Shown one piece after another: positions 52,601 through 61,600 of a stretch of 64,000 nucleotides of DNA. Made by a program: the position numbers and the translations under genes. The stretch lies in NCBI GenBank assembly GCA_965285935.1, contig OZ260663.1:84382001-84446000 (forward strand). Direction: 5' to 3'. How positions within the stretch are numbered: the stretch's first letter is position 1; each line of letters begins with the position of its first letter. Source of the stretch: Ophelia neglecta (lineage: Eukaryota). The notes under the pieces are model-generated. The model saw only the letters and a list, made by a program, of their open reading frames with translations, made no database searches and was not told where the DNA came from.

Positions 52601-55600
52601 CCATGCCCCTTGGCGACGCTATTGAGGCAGGGCTGGTGATCACCAGTGAGACGGTGTCTGCTACCAGAACCGTGCATAAGGCGGAATTGGACAAAGATAA
52701 GAGCACAGCTGGTACTACACAAACTGTCAACATAACAGGGATCATTGATCCACGCACAGGGGAAGAATTGTCAGTTCTGGAAGGCATTGATGAAGGTCTC
52801 TTTGCACAGGGCACAGGTAATTACATAAATCCTGTGACTGGGGAGGTAATCCCTCTGGACAAGGCCATTGAGAGGGGTCTAGTGCTAGCAGACAAGCCCC
52901 ACAGCCAAGAACTGGTACCCGAGAAGAAGACGTACACGATAGGGGCAGTGAGAGATCCTAGAACAGGGGATATGTTATCACCCCACGAAGCAACAGAACT
53001 AGGTCTACTGAACATGGGTTCTGGTGTTTACATTAACCCTTTGACAGGAGAGTCGTTGTCGCTAGCAGAGGCCCTGAAAAAAGGCCTTATCCTGGCAGAA
53101 TCTCAGGATGATGAAGTTGAAACAGTCACCACAGTGTCAACCAAAACAAACCAAGAAAGACAAACCTTCAGCATTCAGTCAGTGTTTGACCCTGTAACTG
53201 GAGAAGAACTTCATCCCTCAGAAGCTGTGGAGAGGGGCATTCTTGATCTGAATAGAGGTGTCTATATTAACTCACAGACAGGGGAGGCCATCCCAATTCA
53301 TGTAGCCTTTGAAAAAGGACATGTTAAAGCTGCTGAGACTGATGCCACTGACCAAGCTCCCATTGCAGCAGCCACTGCTGTGCTTGAGACAAAATCCTAC
53401 ACCATCAAATCTGTCATTGATGCCAAGACAAGTGAGAAACTGTCGGTGAGTGAAGCTATAGCAAGAGGCATCCTGGACCAGGAGATGTGCAAGTACATCA
53501 ATCCCAGAACAGGAGAGGTACTGAGCATCAAAGAGGCCATAGACCGAGGGCTGATCATAGCTTCAGAAGGGGGTACCGGAATCTCGTCTACATCAGTGCA
53601 AAAAGAAACCAAATCATTCTCAATCAAATCAGTCATTGACCCCAAAACTGGAGAAGAAATACCAATAGCAGATGCAGTGAGACATCAGATTGTTGACAAA
53701 GTGAGGGGTGTATATTGGAACATGCTCACTGATGAGAAAATTCCCATCGAGGAGGCAATACAGCGTGGGCTTGTCATAGCCGAACCAGTTGAATCATCAG
53801 CCCAGAAAGAGGCTATAATTGAATTTGATAGACCAACAACTACTCTATATCAGTTGAAGTCAGTCAAAGATCCCAATACTGGAGAAACATTTAATCCTAC
53901 TGAAGCTGAACGACGAGGCCTGCTCAACAAAGTTCAAGGTATTTTCATGAACCCAATCACAGGAGATAAGATGTCAATCAAAGAAGCCATCAGACAGGGC
54001 TTTATCGAAGCCTCAGAGTTGCAAGAGACGGACTACGATGATCTGCCTGATGACGAGGCCATCTATGCCACAATGGAAGCTATCAGAGAACACCAGACCA
54101 TTAACATAAACACTGTAATAGACCCCAGGACAGGAGAGGAGATATCAGTCCTTGAAGCCACCCGACGAGGACTGCTGGATCCCAAAAAGGCTGAGTACAT
54201 CGACCCTGTCTCAGGCAAGAGATTGTCAATTCTTGAGGCCATAGAAGAGGGTATAGTAAAGGCTCATGTAAAAAGAACTGAAAGTACCCTGCTAACACAG
54301 ACACCTAAACTGGCTGAAACTTTCCACATGACAGGCGTGATTGACCCTGCTACCAACCGGGAAGTCAATGTAGATGAAGCTATCAAAAGAGGCCTGTTGG
54401 ACCTGAAAGAAGGGGTGTACATAGATCCAAGAACAGGGCAGAGACTTCAACTAAAGGATGCTGTAGACCAAGGAATGATTAAAACCATTGATCACCTACA
54501 ACCAGGCACTTCAGAAGAATTGGAGAATGTCCAATTCAAAACTGATACAAAAGGACAATTCATGGTGTCTGGCAAAGGCCAGACAACAGTCAAATACACA
54601 GAGGCTTTAAGGTCAGGTATAGTTGACCCAGTTAGTAACAAGTTTGTGAACCCACACAATGGAGAAATCATGACAATAGATGATGCCATACGGTCGGGAA
54701 TACTCATTGCAGATATACCCATCAGCCTTGAAAAAGAAGATAAGACAGAAATATCCACAAGCAGATCTGATACAAAAACCACCGTAGATGTGATGTCCAG
54801 GTCTCGAGAGAAGACCAAGAAGACTCCAAGCCCGGAAAAAGGACAAATGACCTTTGACCAGGCACTGGAGAGAGGATACATTGATCCAGTGAATCAAGAG
54901 TATGTTGACCCTAAGTCTGGGGCCAGAATGCCTTTAGACCAGGCAGTCAGGGTTGGCTTTCTGTATGCCAAGGACCTGGGACCTGACCTGTCCCTGGGTG
55001 AAGCTGTACTGAGAGGTTTTGTGGACCCTGATGCTGGTACTTTCACACACCCAGCTACTGGTAAAATTGTATCAGTAGATGAAGCCATCATTGCTGGTCT
55101 CCTCCAGCCCATGGAACCTGCAAGGCGTCTGACGCCAGAAGAAGAAGACAAGGCTATTCCATTTGCTGATGCCTTAAAGGAAGGCTTAATAGACACCACA
55201 TTGGGAACCTACAATGATCCGTATACAGGAAAGTCCATGCTGATACAAGAAGCCATTGATCGTGGATTGATTCAGCCGAGGCTGCCGTCCCCTGACAGGG
55301 CAGGAAGCCGTACACCTGGCCACAGCAGGGCCAGCACCATGGAGCGAGATACCAGCAGACATGGTACTGTCAACCAGGGAGCCGTGGTGGATATTAGAGA
55401 AGCTATCTCTGATCTGCAGTCTGTAGGAGATAAGCTGGCCACAGTGGGAACAGAGGAAATCAAAACTGTTAGAAAGGTGAGATAAACTGGTCCATGTATA
55501 GACTATGACCAAATGAAACCTCTGGATAAATATATCAAAATCTGTGTAGATCTTCAAATGGATCGTTTCAATAATTATTCCTCGTGTCTGGGAAGACAAA

Positions 55601-58600
55601 ATACATTTTAGAAAAAGCAAAGCATTTGTTAGCTTGACTTTGGCAACAACAGTTACAACGAAATTGAATAATAATATTTAAATATTTAGGTAAGAGAAGA
55701 AGAGTATGAGATCCATGGCCCTGCCAAGGAAGAACCCAGGGAGGAATTGGATGCTATAGAAGCTGCTCCCAGTACAAATGGAGACAATCAACAGATAGTT
55801 GTCTATGAAGAACCTGGCCAGAAGATCGTTCATCAGTCTATAAAAGAAGGAGGTGTAATTGAGACTGAGGTTACTGAGGTGTGTAAATCTGAGGATTATG
55901 TATATGTCTGAAAAATACAGGATTTCTAACAAACCCCAGTGTTATTGGAAAATGGGCATATCCTTTGCTCCCTTGCAATCCAGATATCTTAGTTTATAAA
56001 TGGTCTTAATGAATAAGGTACAAGTGATTTATTTGTATAATAGGTAAGGAAGATCATAAAGGAAGTACACCAATGGACTCCAGACAGTGACGCTGATGAT
56101 ACTCATACAGACGATACCAGCGAGTCTGGATTTGATGGCCCTGGTGGGCTAGGGCCCAGGTCCCCCAGGGAACCAAGGGACCCAAGAGACCCCAGGGACA
56201 GACCACCACCTGGTTCTAGAGACAGACATCCTGGAGACAGAGATCCAAGGCAGAGCAGAAGACCAGGGAGAGAAGGTCATCCTGATGACCAGCCCTACCC
56301 AGGGGATCAGGGAACACGTGATTTTGGCTACTCCTATCACAGTCAGTATAGCATATCGTGTCCACAGTACATGACTACGGTATTATAGAATAGACTTTTT
56401 TGCAAGGCATAATTTTAAGCACCATATCCCATAATACATGTACATGCACACATTTATCAGAGGGTACATTTATTGCCATCACATGTTTAATCACATTTTG
56501 GTTTTTCTTTACAGGTACTGAACAAACTGAACAAGTAGACATTCCTCTTGATACCAGCCAGCATCGACCAGCAGACCAACCAGACACTGGTATAAAATAT
56601 CCAAGTGACGACCAAAGAGAGACCACTAGAACAGTAAATGGGAGTGGGATCCCTCCAGCTGGTCAAAATGGCCAGCACCAGAATGGCAATGCTGTGGTAA
56701 CCCCATCTGGGCTAGTAATAAGTGAAGCACTGTCTTCCCGTGTCATCAAAACTGGCTTCTCTGTCACTGGAGATGGCCAAGTAGTCAACACCAGAACAGG
56801 CGCCATCATGAGTCTTCAGGAGGCTGCCAACCGCGGGATTCTGGACCTAGACAACCAGGAATTGGAAGGCATTCTCAGCGGCACAGATGTCTCTGGGTAC
56901 TCGGGAATCTCCTCACCAGTCTCCTCCATCTACGACAGGGTAAGTAGGCACAGTGATGGTAGTTACAGTTCAGGTTATGGTGAAGTAAGAATAACAGACA
57001 CAGATTCTGAGTCTAGTGGGTCTCAGTTGCCATGTTTAACAAGCATTGCATTACAGGAAGCAAAGTTACAGGTAGAAGAAGGCGAGGCACTGATCAAGGA
57101 CCCTAAAACCGGGCGTCTGATTTCCACCAAGGAGGCTTTAGAGAGAGGCCTGGTTACCAAATCAGGGCAGGTGCGTGACCCAAGCTCCGGTAAGGTGCTC
57201 ACTCTAGCAGAGGCTATCAAGGTTGGCCTCATCGTCAGCACTGAAGAAGACTCTAAGAGAGACAGCATCATCTCTGAACCAGACGAAGAGTCTGAACCAC
57301 TGACACGCCTCATCATAGAAGAACAAGGTGACGATTTACTGAAACCACCAGCCACAAAACCTAAGCCTATGCAAAGAAGCCTAAGCAGAGGTTCTGATAG
57401 GGAAGATTCACTTACCAGCAGCAGCAAAACTCCTGACTCGGCAGTATCTCTTATCGAGGCATTAGAATCTGGCTCCTATGACACTACCAAGGGCACATTC
57501 GAAGATGTCTTTACAGGCAAAGAAATGACTTTTAAAGAGGCCATTGATAAAGGCCTAATCAATACTGTCACTACCACTATAAAAATGAACCCTGCACAAG
57601 AACCAATTGCTCTCAGCGAAGCCATCAAACAGGGATATGTCGATCTGGACAATGGTCAAGTTATTGACCCTAAAACAGGCAGACGGATGTCCATCACCAC
57701 GGCGGCACAGACAGGCCTCATTACTGACACATCAGCAAGCCCTGCACTGGAAGATCTGACCAGAAGAGGACTGTATGATGTTAACACTGGCCTTATGGTA
57801 GACGAGACTACAGGAGAGAAGGTCTCTCTTCAGGAAGCCATTGAACGAGGCTTAGTGGACCGAACCTCAATCACCATTAAGAATCCAAACACTGGTGAGT
57901 CCATGTCTCTAACTGAAGGATTTGAGCGAGGCATAATGGATCCTGAAACAGGCACTGTTATAGACAGTAGGAGTGGTGAATCTGTAAGCTTTGCAGAAGC
58001 GGTCAAATTTGGACTTATGGCTACCATTGGAGCGCCAGTGGTAGGTGTAATGGCTCTTAAAGACAAAATTAAATCCATGTCTAATGAAGACAGAGAGTCA
58101 AAATCCCCAAGTGATGATAAACAGCCCGGTCTCAAGTCATCCATAGAGACAGGAGCCATAACAGCTCAAACAAGAGTGATCAATCCAAATACTGGTGAAA
58201 CTTTGCCAGTTCAGACAGCCATAGCTAAAGGGCTGATCAATGCAGACCTAGGAACATACAGAGACCCTCAAACTGGAATGGAAATCTCCTTAGAGGATGC
58301 TGCCACTCAGGGCATTTTTAAAGAAAAGGAGGGCCCTGTTTCTTTGAAGGATGCTCTCCAGTCAGGGATATATGACACTGATAAGAATCAATTCATTGAA
58401 CCCCTCACTGGGAGGGTGTTAACCCTGGAAGACTGCATCAAAAAAGGAATCATTGACCCTAATTCAAAATGTATACAAGACCCAGTGACAGGCGAAATTC
58501 TCACTGTGGAGCAGGCAATACTCAGAGACATTCTTAACCCCACTACCGGAGAGATCTACGACAATACATCAGGGGAAACCCTAACTCTAGGGGAATCTTT

Positions 58601-61600
58601 AGAAGTTGAATTCATCATTGAACCTCAAACAGATACTAAACAATCTGAACAGGATGGTGACAGATATGATGTAGAAGAGGAAAGTGTGATACCCAAAGAT
58701 GGCATTTCAGTTGTTGATGCGATCAAACAAGGAATATATGATCCAGGAACAAATACCATCTGCCACCCTGTGACTGGACATAAAATGACCATACAAGAAG
58801 CTCTGGACAGTGGTTTGTTAAACTCTTCAAAGTCCATGGTGAAAGATCCTGATTCTGGACAAAAAGTGCCTTTTGACGTTCTCATTGAAATGGGACTAGT
58901 TAAATTGGACACAGGTATAATAAGAGACAGCAAGGGTCGTGATATTCTACTGGAGGATGCCGTGAGAGATGGCTTCATGTATGAGAGTAAGCCACCTACT
59001 GGGCCAATGTCTCTTCTGCAGATATTTGAAGAGGGCTTATACAACCCAGAAACTGGTGACTTTCTAGATCCCATCGAAGATGAACTGATAACGCTTGGGG
59101 AGGCTGTAGACAGGGAAATGCTTAATGCAAACTCAGTAGTTGTGAATGACCCCAGAAGTGGAGAAGTCCTCAATCTGCGCGAGTCGCTTACTAGTGGTCT
59201 GATTGACCCTAAAACCAGCTTGGTGAAAGACACTAGTTCCAAAGAGCGAGTTCCATTAACGGAAGCTATGGAAAGAGGAATATTGGTCGCTCGACCCATG
59301 TCGATCGCGACAGCCATCGACATTGGCCTCTATAACGAATCAACGGGAAAATTTCTTGATCCAACCTGCCGAAGATTCTTTTCCGTCGAAGGTGCTATTG
59401 AGAGTGGTTTGCTGGACGCCACCTCCACTGTTGTTGACCCAGCCAGTGGAAAAGAAATGAATCTAGCGCTTGCCACTGCACGTGGTGTACTAGACGCAAA
59501 CCACGGAAATGTGATCAATGTACATACAGGTGAGATTATTGCTCTGAAGGAAGCCATCACTGCCAGTAGAATTGCACCGAAAGTTCAGGGAATGTCCATA
59601 GATGAAGCTACTGCTAGAGGTCTCTTTGACCCACAGAAAAATGTGTTCATTGAACCAAACACCAGCGAGGAGCTAAGTTTGGAAGAAGCTGTGACATCTG
59701 GAGTAATAGATCCTGAAACCTATATAATAGATCCACCGACGGGAGAGAAACTGACCATCACTGAAGCTATAAGTGAAGGATTTCTCGATGCAAAAACTGG
59801 TCTGATCACAAACAATGGGGAAAATTACAGCCTTCAGGATGCCACGTGTGACCAGCCTGTTGTCTTGAGTGAAGCTATAAAAAAGGGTTTGTACAGCCAA
59901 GATAGAAACACTATGATTGACCCTGACACGAAGGAGGAAATAACATTACAGGAGGCCCTATCTCGATGTGTAATTGACCCTAAATCTGTAATAGCCGACC
60001 CAGCGACTGGCCAAATGATCACTCTGGAAGAAAGCTCTGATCAGGGTATATTTGATGTGTCTTCGGGCCTTGTGGTCAATTCGCAGACAGGAGAGGCTGT
60101 GTCACTCAAAGAACTGGCACCAAATCAAGAGGAAGAAAAGAAACCAGCCAAGTCTGGTCCCATGCTGACTCTAGACCAGGCGGTCAAATCTGGTCTGTAT
60201 AATGCTGACACTGCCATGATTGTCAACCCAGTAACTAGACAGGAAATGAGCATTGAAGATGCACTGGAGGTGGGCATATTGGACCCAAGCTCAAGAATTC
60301 GAGATCCGCACAGTGGCCGAGCAATGACCCTAGAGGATGGGGTTGAGTGTGGAGTACTTGATACTAACCTTGGCATCATGATTGATACCAGCACTGGTAA
60401 ATCACTTGCTCTCACTGAGGCCCTCAGCAAAGGTCTGATTGTTTCCTCCACCAAGCCAGTAGCTCCACTCACCCTCTCAGACGCTATAGCTGAAGGACTT
60501 CTTCACCCAACAACTGGGAAAATCCATGACCCCACCACAGGCATAGATATTACTTTTGAACAAGCCTTAGATGGTGGTTTGATATCCACTGATGATCTGA
60601 AAGTGGCAGACCCCAAGACAGGTCAGCTGCTATCAATAGAAGATGCCGCAGCAACTGGTTTAGTAGATCTTGACAATGCTCGTATATACGATGCGCAAGC
60701 TAAAAGTATGATCAACTTTGGGGAAGCTATGCAAAAAGGTATACTGCTAGAGTTTGCCAAGCCACCGATGAGTCCTAAAGATGCTTTAGAACAGGGTATC
60801 ATAGACCCCTCAACTGGCAAAATTACTGATCCTGCCACAGGAAACCAGGTAGGAATTGTGGAAGCTGTTGTCAGCGGCATCATTGATCCTGATTCATTTA
60901 AAGTCATAGACCCATCGTCTGGTCAAATGATTTCTATGGAGAACGCCTTAAAGGAGGGCGTTCTTGATAGTGACTCAGGTGCTGTTATAGATCCTACAAC
61001 AGGTCAGTCTATAAGCATCCAGGAGGCACTGACCAAGGGGTACATAGTGGAGTCCAAGAAGCCGGGGAAGCAGTCGCTCCAAGCCGCCATCACGAGGGGA
61101 ATGTATGACGAAAAGACAGGTTCATTTAAACATCCCATTACAGGCCAAGATATAACTCTACTAGAAGCAATCCAAGCCGGATTCATTGATGCCAATTCTC
61201 CGATCTCACTTCCTGGCAAAGAGGAAACCAACATTACATTGGCAGAAGCTATCGAGGAGCAAATTGTAGACCCAATCAGTGGCACAGTAACAGATCATTC
61301 TGGTAAAACAGTGTCACTAGCTGCCACGCTCACCCCTAGACTTGTGTCTCAAGGCTTAACCATACAAGATGCATTACAAAAAGGACTGTACAATGCTGAT
61401 GAGGGAACATTCGTAGACCCCAAAAGTGGAAAGCAAATGAGTCTCATTGAAGCTATACACAGTGGTATTATTGATCCAAACCAAACTGTGCTGAAAGTAG
61501 AGGGCAGTGATGTAAGCCTGAATGAAGCCATACAAGAAGGCTATATTGACCCTCTGAGTGGAACAATGGAACATCCCAGCACTGGGGAAACGACGGCTCT

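Noticed and set aside
44230-55485. ORFs 44230-55485 and 56400-63599 as standalone genes (epiplakin-like)
   Set aside because: Both have clear acceptors and donors just inside their ends, in phase with neighbouring exons; their ORF starts and stops are intronic.
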